From NCBI GenBank assembly GCA_017513085.1, contig JAFWDK010000004.1, positions 1-44,104 of the forward strand: a stretch of 44,104 nucleotides of DNA, given 5' to 3'. The position numbers were made by a program, and so were the translations under genes. The stretch's first letter is position 1. Every line of letters begins with the position of its first letter. Shown piece after piece: positions 18,552-27,489 of this stretch. The notes beneath the pieces are model-generated. The model searched no databases and was not told the DNA's origin. It saw only the letters and a list, made by a program, of their open reading frames with translations. Source of the DNA: Clostridiales bacterium (GTDB taxonomy: Bacteria > Bacillota > Clostridia > Saccharofermentanales > Saccharofermentanaceae).

Positions 18552-19069
18552 TGAACAGATACATTGAGGACACTAGAATAAAGATATCTTTTGTAGTTTT
18601 GCTATCTATATGTTTGTTGGTATTACCCAGTTGTAGTCGTGCGCCCTATAAAGATAAATCATACAGAAAAATCACTCCTTCAGAAGAAATTTCTGTAGAG
18701 TACTCATTATTGCATCAAGACGGCCAGATACTAAAAATCAAGTTCTTTAATCATTCTGGCAAAAGCTATTCCTATGGAAATGGTTATTACGTTGAATATG
18801 ATTATAAGGGTGAATGGTATACGATACCAACAGACAAAGTGTGGGGATTGATCGGGAATAGTTATGTAGCAGGACGGGAAATCGTCAATACGTACGATAC
18901 AAGAGAAATGTATGGACAATTATCTGATGGACATTACCGTTTCATCCAAACAGTCATACTATATGATTATGAGGACGGAGAAGAAATCGGTAAAAATACA
19001 TACGATATTGCCGTTGAATTCTATCTAGAGAAAGAAAATAGCTTTTTCGGGAGGTATGATGAAGTTTGA
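18551..19069 (+). CDS. Lipoprotein with probable Ig-like domain
   Basis: Lipobox LPSC; N.S...YSYG..Y.VE....GEWY...LSDGHYRF pattern; TAATG coupling to the upstream ORF. Confidence 0.7.
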   Translation: MNRYIEDTRIKISFVVLLSICLLVLPSCSRAPYKDKSYRKITPSEEISVEYSLLHQDGQILKIKFFNHSGKSYSYGNGYYVEYDYKGEWYTIPTDKVWGLIGNSYVAGREIVNTYDTREMYGQLSDGHYRFIQTVILYDYEDGEEIGKNTYDIAVEFYLEKENSFFGRYDEV

Positions 19070-19122
19070 TATTTGATTAGACTTGAACCACGAGACAAAT
19101 ACAAGATAGACGAGGAACGAAC

Positions 19123-20313
19123 ATGAAACTGTTTTTATGCGGTGGCGGCTGTGGTAAGCAGACTGAGGCGGTCATCAAGGTATTTAACGCGGTCATCGAT
19201 CACGAGAAGCCGCTTCTTTATATTCCACTTGCTATGGATGAGAAAGAACACACCTATGACGACTGCTATGAGTGGGTCAAAGGTGAACTGGCGGAGGTTG
19301 AAGTGCCATCCATAGACATGGTCCGTTCTTACGAAAAACTGGCTGCGAAAAACCTTTCTGACTATGGTGCGGTCTTTATCGGCGGAGGCAATACCTTCGA
19401 GCTTCTAAAAGGCATCAAGGACAGCGGTGCTTTTGGAAAGATGGAAGAGTATATCCGAAACGACGGCGTCGTATTTGGCGGTTCGGCGGGTGCAATCATT
19501 TTCGGTAAAGACATCATGACGGCGATCGCGATGGATCCGAACGACTGTAATCTTCAGGATACAGCGGGCTTCAATGTGCTAGACGATTGCTCGATTTTTG
19601 CGCATTACACCAATGAGTGGAGCCCGGAAGCACACGAGCGCTTTACGGAGTTCATGGAGAAATACTCTTCCGAGAACGAGGCGATATATGCCCTTCCTGA
19701 AGAAGACACGATCTTTATCGATGGAGGCCATGTCCAGGTGATCGGAGACAGACCGTACTACTTCTTTGAAAACGGCAACCGCGAAGAGAAGATGGCGGAA
19801 CTTCGAAACGAACTTAAGGATAATGAGTGGCCTTTACAATACATTGACCATGATCGATGGATTGCCAGAGGCATTGTTTTCGACGATCAGGGCAACTTCT
19901 ATTTTGTCCGTGCCGAGCGCGATGATCTCTTCGGAAAAGCAACCATGATCGAAACTCCCGGTGGTGGTGTGGAGAAAGGCGAGAACCTGAACATGGCGAT
20001 CCGCAGAGAACTAAGTGAAGAACTGGGCGTCGAGGTAGACGTGATCTGCAAGCTCGGAGTGGTCAGTGATTACTACAACGTCATCCACAGACATAACCTG
20101 AGCAACTATTTTCTGTGCAAAGTGAAGTCTTTCGGCGAGAAGCACTTAACGGAAGATGAGATCAATGATTTCCATCTTTCCACGTTGAAACTGACCTTTG
20201 ATGAAGCAGTTGCCGAGTATGAGAAACGCAAGGAAACACCCATCGGAAGACTGGTGGCGAACCGAGAGCTTCCGGTACTTATGAGAGCGAAAGCGATCAT
20301 CGATAGTTTGTGA
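19123..20313 (+). CDS. Peptidase S51 (dipeptidase E-like) - NUDIX hydrolase fusion
   Basis: N-terminal FIGGGNTFELL, GGSAGA, FAHY; C-terminal Nudix box GGGVEKGENLNMAIRRELSEELG. Confidence 0.88.
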   Translation: MKLFLCGGGCGKQTEAVIKVFNAVIDHEKPLLYIPLAMDEKEHTYDDCYEWVKGELAEVEVPSIDMVRSYEKLAAKNLSDYGAVFIGGGNTFELLKGIKDSGAFGKMEEYIRNDGVVFGGSAGAIIFGKDIMTAIAMDPNDCNLQDTAGFNVLDDCSIFAHYTNEWSPEAHERFTEFMEKYSSENEAIYALPEEDTIFIDGGHVQVIGDRPYYFFENGNREEKMAELRNELKDNEWPLQYIDHDRWIARGIVFDDQGNFYFVRAERDDLFGKATMIETPGGGVEKGENLNMAIRRELSEELGVEVDVICKLGVVSDYYNVIHRHNLSNYFLCKVKSFGEKHLTEDEINDFHLSTLKLTFDEAVAEYEKRKETPIGRLVANRELPVLMRAKAIIDSL

Positions 20314-20319
20314 GGCATT

Positions 20320-21624
20320 ATGAAAAAAGTATTGGAAACCGAAAGACTTTTCCTTCGGGAGATGACCATGAGTGATCTGGATGCGCTGTATGCGGTGCTC
20401 GGTGATCCGGAGATCATGCAGCACTACCCGTATTCCTTCGATGAGGAGCGTGTGCGCGGATGGATCGAGCGGAACATGAACCGCTACGAGAATGACGGAT
20501 TCGGCCTTTGGGCGGTCTGCCTGAAAGAGACAGGTGAGATGATCGGGGACTGTGGCCTGACGCTGCAGAATATCGATGGCACGATGCTTCCGGAGATCGG
20601 TTATCATATCCGCAAAGACCAGCAGCATAGAGGCTATGCGAAAGAAGCCGCCGCTGCAGTTCGCGACTGGGCGTTTTCAAATACGGAGTATCCTGCACTT
20701 TATTCCTACTGCAAATACACCAATGTGGGTTCTTTTAAAACAGCCGAATCCATCGGTATGCATTTTGAAAAAGAGTACCCGGATGAAGCCAATAAGATCA
20801 CTCGTGTTTCGGTCATCCGAAGAGAAGATATGGAAGAGATAAAACTGCCTGAAGGCATAAAGAAAAGGATTGAAGGAAAGACTTACACCATGGATGACAT
20901 GGGCAAATCCGGATCGAAGGTCCTGATCTTCGACGATGCTGTCCTGAAGATCGTGAAGTTCCGGCAGAGAAACGAAGAAGTCATCAAGATGTTGAGATGG
21001 CTGGAAGGAAAAGTTCCTGCCCCGCGGGTGCTTGCATACGAAAAGGATGGCGAGTACCAGTATCTTCTTATGAGTAAGGTAAACGGCACGATGAGCTGCG
21101 ATCCGTATTACATGAAGCACCCGGATGAAATGATCCGTGCACTTGCGGACGGCTTGAAACTTCTCTGGAGTGTAGACATTTCCGACTGCCCGAGGGTGAT
21201 GGATCTGGATGTGGAACTGAAAGAGGCAAGATACCGTGTGGAGAATGGTCTGGTGGATCTGGACGATGCAGAACCGGACACTTACGGTGAAGGCGGATTC
21301 AAAGATCCGGCGGATCTTCTTTTCTGGCTGAAGACGCATCGGCCTTCCTGTGAAAAGGTGCTTTCCCATGGAGATTACTGTTTGCCGAATGTGTTTATCG
21401 AAAATGGAAAGTTCTGTGGCTTTATTGATCTTCCTGAGGCAGGCATCGCCGATAAGTGGAGAGATATCGCACTTTGCTACCGGAGCCTCAAGCATAACGC
21501 TGAAGGGACCTTTGGCGGTGCGGTGTATCCGGACATCGATCCGAACAAGCTTTTTACCGAGCTGGGAATTGAACCGGATTGGGAGAAGATCAATTACTAC
21601 ATCCTGCTGGATGAACTGTTTTGA
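20320..21624 (+). CDS. RimJ-type GNAT - aminoglycoside 3'-phosphotransferase-like fusion
   Basis: N-terminal LETERLFLRE...EIGYHI..QHRGYAKEA; C-terminal HGDYCLPN, GFIDL, ADKWRDIA and LGIEPDWEKINYYILLDELF (APH(3')-III-like end). Confidence 0.9.
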   Translation: MKKVLETERLFLREMTMSDLDALYAVLGDPEIMQHYPYSFDEERVRGWIERNMNRYENDGFGLWAVCLKETGEMIGDCGLTLQNIDGTMLPEIGYHIRKDQQHRGYAKEAAAAVRDWAFSNTEYPALYSYCKYTNVGSFKTAESIGMHFEKEYPDEANKITRVSVIRREDMEEIKLPEGIKKRIEGKTYTMDDMGKSGSKVLIFDDAVLKIVKFRQRNEEVIKMLRWLEGKVPAPRVLAYEKDGEYQYLLMSKVNGTMSCDPYYMKHPDEMIRALADGLKLLWSVDISDCPRVMDLDVELKEARYRVENGLVDLDDAEPDTYGEGGFKDPADLLFWLKTHRPSCEKVLSHGDYCLPNVFIENGKFCGFIDLPEAGIADKWRDIALCYRSLKHNAEGTFGGAVYPDIDPNKLFTELGIEPDWEKINYYILLDELF

Positions 21625-21631
21625 CTTTTGT

Positions 21632-21739
21632 GAGCAAAAGCAGTATTACAATGCGATCTCTAAATCCCATGTCAATGGAAATTCGAATGTCTTCATTGAG
21701 TTTGTCCTGGACATGATCGATAAGGTGCTGGATGACATC
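21632..21739 (+). pseudogene. Internal fragment of a Fic-family protein
   Basis: EQKQYYNAISKSHVNGNSNVFIEFVLDMIDKVL resembles the helices after the Fic motif; no start codon and no HPFxxGNGR. Confidence 0.5.
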
Positions 21740-21787
21740 GGACGAAGAAGAAATAACGGGGAGATAAGAAAGAATCAGGAGGAGAAT

Positions 21788-22522
21788 ATGAGAAGCATAC
21801 TGACAAGTTATCTTGGAGGAGCAAACCGTGTCGGGGAGAAGCGGGTCCCTGCAGTCCTTGTCGAAGCCAATGGGCTTTTGAGGAAGATTCAGGAATTCTG
21901 GCCGGAGAATGCGAGAGTACTCATGATTTGTGCGTCACCGGACGATCATGAGAAGAACGATGCTGTCTCTTCCTGCTATCGGCAGTCGCTGTCCATGAGT
22001 GAACTTTCGTACTCGAGTCTGGAGATGTGTGATGACAGAAATGAATCTTCTGTGGACCTTCTCGGGGAGAAAGATGTGATCATCCTGACCGGAGGACATG
22101 TTCCGACGCAGAATGCGTTTTTTAAGAAGATCGGTCTTAAAGAGAAACTACAGGACTTCGACGGGCTTCTTCTGGCTTGGAGCGCGGGGTCGATGAACTG
22201 CGCGGAAACTGTTTATGCGGGGCCGGAACTGCCGGGTGAATCGGTCGATCCGGACTATCAACGCTGGATATCCGGACTGGGTCTTACCGGGATCAACATC
22301 TGGCCGCATTTTCAACATCTTCGAAATGAAATGCTCGATGGAAGAAGACTTCTCGAAGATATCACGTACGAAGATTCAATGGGACATGAGTTTATCGCCC
22401 TGAACGATGGAAGCTATATCCTGATCGAAGAAGGAAAAGAAACAATCTTCGGCGAAGCATACAGCATAAAAAACGCCCGGCTGGAATTACTCTGCCGGGA
22501 CGGTGATCACCTGGCTCTCTAG
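21788..22522 (+). CDS. Peptidase S51 / class I glutamine amidotransferase-like protein
   Basis: ILTGGHVPTQN, AWSAGSMN, IWPH; RBS AGGAGGAG. Confidence 0.88.
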   Translation: MRSILTSYLGGANRVGEKRVPAVLVEANGLLRKIQEFWPENARVLMICASPDDHEKNDAVSSCYRQSLSMSELSYSSLEMCDDRNESSVDLLGEKDVIILTGGHVPTQNAFFKKIGLKEKLQDFDGLLLAWSAGSMNCAETVYAGPELPGESVDPDYQRWISGLGLTGINIWPHFQHLRNEMLDGRRLLEDITYEDSMGHEFIALNDGSYILIEEGKETIFGEAYSIKNARLELLCRDGDHLAL

Positions 22523-22556
22523 GCGAAAGCCAGGGTCTTTTTCATATTGAGACCAA

Positions 22557-23465
22557 TCACTTGTTATACGATTCGGTGATCTCTTTACAGTTCTTAAGGA
22601 AATCGATATTCAGCCGTCTCAGACGATACGACAGATAACGGAGGATCAGATTGACCTTGGCAGGATCGGTCTGCACCATTTCTTCTAGATCTTCCGGATA
22701 AATGACCTCGATGCGGGTGTCGTCCGTTTCGGAAACGGCGGTGACACTCCTGGGTCCGCCTGTTGCCATTTCCACTTCACCGAAGAAGGAGATCGCATTC
22801 AGTTCCGATGTCTTTGCTTCGTTCTCTTCTCCGCAGTTGGTATACAGACCGACGGTTCCACGCTGCAATACGAACATGCAGTCTTCTGTCTCGCCTTCGT
22901 TATAGACGATCGTATCTTTCTCGAAGACCTCGGTCCTGTCGGATAATGTACCGAAGAGTTCTACCAGTTCGGAACGAAGCGCGTCTTCGTTCGGTTCGCT
23001 GACCGCATTCTTGTTAGTCTGATACATGCTGATATGCTTCTTGATCTTGGAGAAGAAGGATTCACTCTGTGTATTTGCCGTGGTTCCCCGCGCCTCTTTC
23101 AGTAGCGCTTCGGACTCATTATAATCGTCGGTCATGAGTTGGATCCTTTTTCCGATATGCTTCATGAGCTCGAAGACCTGTTCCGGATTCTCTTCGAAAA
23201 AAGTACTCATTTCATCTGCCGGGATCTCGATCACATTTACATTTCCAACGGCGACTACCGTTGCATTTCTGGGATAGGCTTCGAGGATCGCCATCTCGCC
23301 GAAGTATTCGCCCGGTTCAAGGACCGCGATGCGGAACGGATTATTCTTCTCGTAATTGGCGTATACACCTGCTTTTCCTTCTGTGAGAAGATAGAAACTC
23401 TTGCCGATATCACCCTCTTTGATGATCTCTTCACCATTCTTGAATGCCTTCTGCGATAAACTCAT
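22557..23465 (-). CDS. Protein with two cyclic-nucleotide-binding domains
   Basis: FGEMAILEAYPRNATV and FFGEVEMATGGPRSVTA phosphate-binding cassettes; no HTH. Confidence 0.9.
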   Translation of the reverse strand: MSLSQKAFKNGEEIIKEGDIGKSFYLLTEGKAGVYANYEKNNPFRIAVLEPGEYFGEMAILEAYPRNATVVAVGNVNVIEIPADEMSTFFEENPEQVFELMKHIGKRIQLMTDDYNESEALLKEARGTTANTQSESFFSKIKKHISMYQTNKNAVSEPNEDALRSELVELFGTLSDRTEVFEKDTIVYNEGETEDCMFVLQRGTVGLYTNCGEENEAKTSELNAISFFGEVEMATGGPRSVTAVSETDDTRIEVIYPEDLEEMVQTDPAKVNLILRYLSYRLRRLNIDFLKNCKEITESYNK

Positions 23466-23540
23466 ATTGCCAACCCCCTCAATACGGAATAAGACATCTC
23501 ATGTCTGGTCTCATTATAGCATGATTATCTTTCTTTTCCC

Positions 23541-24851
23541 CTACGCAGATTTTTCAGTAGTAGTTTCTGTTGTTGTTTTTCTGCCGGAACCATCGTCCGG
23601 GAAATTGTCCGAGTATTCCCGATGCTCCCAGATATCTGCACCCGAATTCATTCTTAGTCGGGTACGAAGTGCAGCAATAGTCGATCTGGGTTCGAGGAGC
23701 CATTCAAATGCATTATCGGTATCTCTGTCACAATTGGCACCTTTTACTATGATCTGACCACCTTGATAGAATGAGTTTTCAAACCAGACATACCAGTACA
23801 AGATCTTATTCTCTTCTGGAGTCGTATTTTCGTCAACATAGTCGATCTTGTATGCGATCACAGCCTTGTTCTGGTTATTATCGGGATCATAAAAGACACC
23901 CATTCCGGTGTATTCGGCAGATACAAACCGGGTCTTATCAGGAAAAGTCTTCTTAAAGTTATCCAGAAACGGCGCGATACCTTTTTTCGTACCTTCTATC
24001 ATGCCATCTGTTATTTCGTCTACACTTCTGATCAGATCGTGATTTTCAAATTCGGACGGGTCTTTACCATCAAAAGGGAGGTAAAGATTCTTGTCGACCG
24101 TATTCGATCGCACAGCAAAGGTAAGACTCAAATCTTGAGCGATCATTTCTGCATCCAAGAACCCGTTGTTTACGTACCAGTTATCAAAGAAGAGGAAGGA
24201 TGGCACGGACATATGACCCATAGCCATAAATTTGTCTCCGGCAGGGGATAGATCAAATCCAACCGGATAGAAGAATTGCCGCTTAATGGCTTCTTCGCCT
24301 GAGTTATCGGTAACTTGTACCTGATAGACTCTCTCGATAAATGAGTCGACACTTTCTCCTGAACGGACGGCTTCCAAGTATACCATACCTACATAATGAA
24401 ACGCGTCAATAGTGATCTTATCGGCTTGATCAGGATTCGTATCTTTCAGCTCCTTCCGGAAAAACTGCTCAGCAGCCGAGTCCATATCCGCGGTTACCTG
24501 ATCACTCAACTCTTCAGGTGAATGGAAGAACTCAGCTTTTCCTTCTCCTTCTTCGGCTTTGGCCTTGCTCTTAAACAATACGCCGGTCAAGACGAGGACC
24601 GTGACTGTAACGATTCCGGCCAGAAGAATGACAGCAGCAGAGAACAGAATGACAAACTTACGCTTCTTCCGTGATCCGGATGGAGCTTCTGTATCCGTAT
24701 TTGTATCTGTGTCAGTGGCTGTCGGTTCAGGTTCTGTGAACACCGGTGTGATCGCTACCGAAGCCGGAGTAAGAATAGGTTGCGGTATAGATTCCGTGGT
24801 CTTTTGTGAGTTTTCGTGGGTGTCGTTATTGTCCATTGATGTATTCTCCAA
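23541..24851 (-). CDS. Single-pass membrane protein with a duplicated extracellular domain
   Basis: T/P/D-rich N-terminus, RKKRK plus TM helix, two similar ~170-aa halves; start could be TTG 24851 or ATG 24836. Confidence 0.75.
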   Translation of the reverse strand: MENTSMDNNDTHENSQKTTESIPQPILTPASVAITPVFTEPEPTATDTDTNTDTEAPSGSRKKRKFVILFSAAVILLAGIVTVTVLVLTGVLFKSKAKAEEGEGKAEFFHSPEELSDQVTADMDSAAEQFFRKELKDTNPDQADKITIDAFHYVGMVYLEAVRSGESVDSFIERVYQVQVTDNSGEEAIKRQFFYPVGFDLSPAGDKFMAMGHMSVPSFLFFDNWYVNNGFLDAEMIAQDLSLTFAVRSNTVDKNLYLPFDGKDPSEFENHDLIRSVDEITDGMIEGTKKGIAPFLDNFKKTFPDKTRFVSAEYTGMGVFYDPDNNQNKAVIAYKIDYVDENTTPEENKILYWYVWFENSFYQGGQIIVKGANCDRDTDNAFEWLLEPRSTIAALRTRLRMNSGADIWEHREYSDNFPDDGSGRKTTTETTTEKSA

Positions 24852-25028
24852 ACCTTCCTTTATAAAATAATTTTACTATCTATTTTTATTATGGAAATGA
24901 CGAATCCGTAATAAAGTATCCCACTTTCAAGAATATACAAGTGGTATAATTTTCTTGCATTGTACGAGAAAGAAACAAAGACGGCTATCTGTCAGGCTCT
25001 GTGAGAAACGGACGAAGAGGAAAAGCAT

Positions 25029-25742
25029 ATGAAAAAACATACGATAAAAACAAGTGCTTTTGCCATGGCAATAGGCCTCATCCTGGCAACGCTTCCAGGG
25101 TGTGCCGGACCGGCCAGCCGGGCGAGACAGAAGAGCTGGGTCGAGAAGATGAATCAGACTTTCAAAAAAGACGAATTCACCTATGACGGACCGGCTACCG
25201 GCGAATTCGGGCAGGAATCCTATGTTGCTGATGTCAAATCGAAGAAATATCCGAAACAAACGATCATTGTGAAACAAATCAACGAAGAACTGCTGACGAA
25301 CTACAACTATATCCGTTACCACGATGACGCCGAAGAGTATGTGTATGAATACTTCGACGGCGAATTTGAGTGCGACAGCTACGGGGTGAAGTATTATACG
25401 GAGGATATATTTACTCCTATGACCGACTACTCTTTCGATGAGTATATGGATGAATTCTTCTCCTTTAACAAGGTATCGATCGCGCTGATCCGGGAGGACG
25501 GAGAATTTCCTTCAGATGAAGAAATAGCCGAGAAGCTTTTGGACATCGCAAAAGATCGCGATGAGATCTGTGATATCTTCTTGTACTGTATTCAAGACGA
25601 AGAGGATAACTGGGTGCTGGACAGTGTGAAGTATTTCGAACTGTATATGAGAGAAGAGCGGAAGGTGCGGGATATCGAAGTCACCCGACATAGCGGCAAA
25701 AAAACCGAGCATGTAACACTTATGGAGAATGTGACCTGGTGA
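25029..25742 (+). CDS. Hypothetical lipoprotein
   Basis: Lipoprotein signal ending LPGC; acidic mature domain; RBS GAGG. Confidence 0.8.
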   Translation: MKKHTIKTSAFAMAIGLILATLPGCAGPASRARQKSWVEKMNQTFKKDEFTYDGPATGEFGQESYVADVKSKKYPKQTIIVKQINEELLTNYNYIRYHDDAEEYVYEYFDGEFECDSYGVKYYTEDIFTPMTDYSFDEYMDEFFSFNKVSIALIREDGEFPSDEEIAEKLLDIAKDRDEICDIFLYCIQDEEDNWVLDSVKYFELYMREERKVRDIEVTRHSGKKTEHVTLMENVTW

Positions 25743-25838
25743 TTCCGTGCTGAATCTGCCTGAGCGGATGTCGCTTCATGCAATAAATGTTACAATAAAC
25801 GAAGATGGTTTTGGGCGACATTTTTTGAGGGTAAGACT

Positions 25839-26861
25839 ATGAAAAAGATCACACTTGGAAAAACAGGAATAACTACGCCGCAGAATGCTTTTGGCGCATT
25901 ACCGATCCAGCGCGTCAGTTTGGAAGAAGCGGTGAAGCTTTTACGTGGTGCGTACGAGGGAGGCATGACTTTCTTCGATACCGCGCGGGCATACTCGGAC
26001 AGCGAGGTGAAGATAGGAGCGGCCTTCGACGGTATGCGTGATAAAGTCTTCATTGCATCGAAGACGATGGCCACGACGCCGGAGAAATTTTGGGAGGATC
26101 TGGATACAACCCTGACCAATCTTCGGACAGACTATCTGGACATTTATCAGTTCCACTGCGCGAAGACGTGCTTCGCCCCGGGCGATGGAACAGGTATGTA
26201 CGAAGCCATGCTGGAGGCGAAGAAGCAGGGGAAGATCCGGCATATCGGTATCACGGCGCACCTGATCGGCGTGGCGGAAGAAATCGTTGACAGCGGGCTT
26301 TATGAGACACTTCAGTTTCCGTTTTCCTATCTTGCGTCGGATCGGGATATTGCACTGGTCAGATCCTGTCAGACAAAAGATATGGGCTTTATCGCGATGA
26401 AAGGACTGGCCGGAGGTCTTCTGACGAACAGCCGTGCGTGCATGGCGTTTATGAGTCAGTTCGAAGCGCTTCCGATCTGGGGGATCCAGCGAGAAGAGGA
26501 ACTGGAGCAATGGCTTTCCTTCTTCCAAAACGAAGTAAGGATGACACCGGAGGAAAGTGCTTTTATCGAAGAAGACAGGAAGAACCTTCTCGGAGATTTC
26601 TGCCGTGGCTGTGGTTACTGTATGCCTTGCACCGTCGGGATCCAGATCAACCAGTGTGCCAGAATGTCGCAGCTGATCCGGCGTGCGCCGTCGGAGAATT
26701 TTAAAGGTGAGTTCTGGCAAGGGGAAATGAATAAGATCGAGGATTGCATCGACTGCGGACTATGTAAGTCAAGATGCCCGTACGGACTGGATACGCCAAA
26801 TCTTCTTCGCAAGAATCTGGCGGATTATCGAGATATCATTGATGGGAGAGTTGAAGTATGA
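25839..26861 (+). CDS. Aldo/keto reductase with C-terminal Fe-S dicluster
   Basis: FFDTARAY, LRTDYLDIYQFH, GKIRHIG; CRGCGYCMPC and CIDCGLCKSRCP. Confidence 0.95.
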   Translation: MKKITLGKTGITTPQNAFGALPIQRVSLEEAVKLLRGAYEGGMTFFDTARAYSDSEVKIGAAFDGMRDKVFIASKTMATTPEKFWEDLDTTLTNLRTDYLDIYQFHCAKTCFAPGDGTGMYEAMLEAKKQGKIRHIGITAHLIGVAEEIVDSGLYETLQFPFSYLASDRDIALVRSCQTKDMGFIAMKGLAGGLLTNSRACMAFMSQFEALPIWGIQREEELEQWLSFFQNEVRMTPEESAFIEEDRKNLLGDFCRGCGYCMPCTVGIQINQCARMSQLIRRAPSENFKGEFWQGEMNKIEDCIDCGLCKSRCPYGLDTPNLLRKNLADYRDIIDGRVEV

Positions 26862-27361
26862 GTTCGAAAGCGGAACAAAGAAGAGAACGGCAGAAAGAAC
26901 GTAGAAAAAAGACGATCCGCGATGCGTGTATTGTAGGCGCAATCGGCCTTATATTTCTGGTTCTGGGAATAATCGGATTTATCCTCAACCGTTCTGATTT
27001 CGACGAGTACAGTCATTCCGATGATGTCCGGACTGTGGCGGCGGAAATAACGGATGCGTCGATCCACTCCCGCAAAGACGAATATGGAACGAAGAAAAAC
27101 TATTGGAAAGCAGAAGTGAAATACGAGGTTGACGGTGAAGAATATACCGGCAAGACGGAGTTCAACTCGGAAGTAAAAAAAGGCGATACGCGTAATATCG
27201 AGGTTTTCCGTGCCAAGAACGGAAGTTACAAGATCCCGGAGATCACTTCGGACACCGCCAATAAGATCTACAGCCTGTTGTATATCGGTGCTGCAGTATT
27301 TGGCCTGATCCTGATCATCATTGGCGTAGTGGTGGCATTACCGGATAATGGAAAGAAGTAA
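26858..27361 (+). CDS. Two-TM membrane protein (DUF3592-like)
   Basis: N- and C-terminal TM helices around a beta-rich loop containing VKYEVDGEEY. Confidence 0.7.
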   Translation: MSSKAEQRRERQKERRKKTIRDACIVGAIGLIFLVLGIIGFILNRSDFDEYSHSDDVRTVAAEITDASIHSRKDEYGTKKNYWKAEVKYEVDGEEYTGKTEFNSEVKKGDTRNIEVFRAKNGSYKIPEITSDTANKIYSLLYIGAAVFGLILIIIGVVVALPDNGKK

Positions 27362-27406
27362 AGGGTTGATTCCTGGAAGTGATAACTGCATATGTTCGTC
27401 ATGCTC

Positions 27407-27461
27407 GTTGTCAACCTAAAAATACAATGCGGTTGACAACTGTGCCCAGGTGTGATACATT
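27407..27461 (+). promoter_or_regulatory. BirA biotin operator overlapping the bioY promoter
   Basis: GTTGTCAACC-N14-GGTTGACAAC perfect inverted repeat matching the BirA consensus; TTGACA-N17-TACATT. Confidence 0.88.
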
Positions 27462-27489
27462 CTGTTCAGTTTTTTAAGAGGTGAATCAC

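Noticed and set aside
19050-19126. GGAGG plus MMKFDI* and a short frame ending at the S51 start
   Set aside because: Could be another gene scar but is too short to assign.
21350-21787. N-terminal 146 aa of the 390-aa ORF
   Set aside because: Overlaps the APH domain in another frame and runs through the Fic scar; the real start is ATG 21788 with a strong SD.
9243-22522. Classical integron
   Set aside because: No intI and no RYYYAAC...GTTRRRY attC sites seen; many spacers are too short to hold one.
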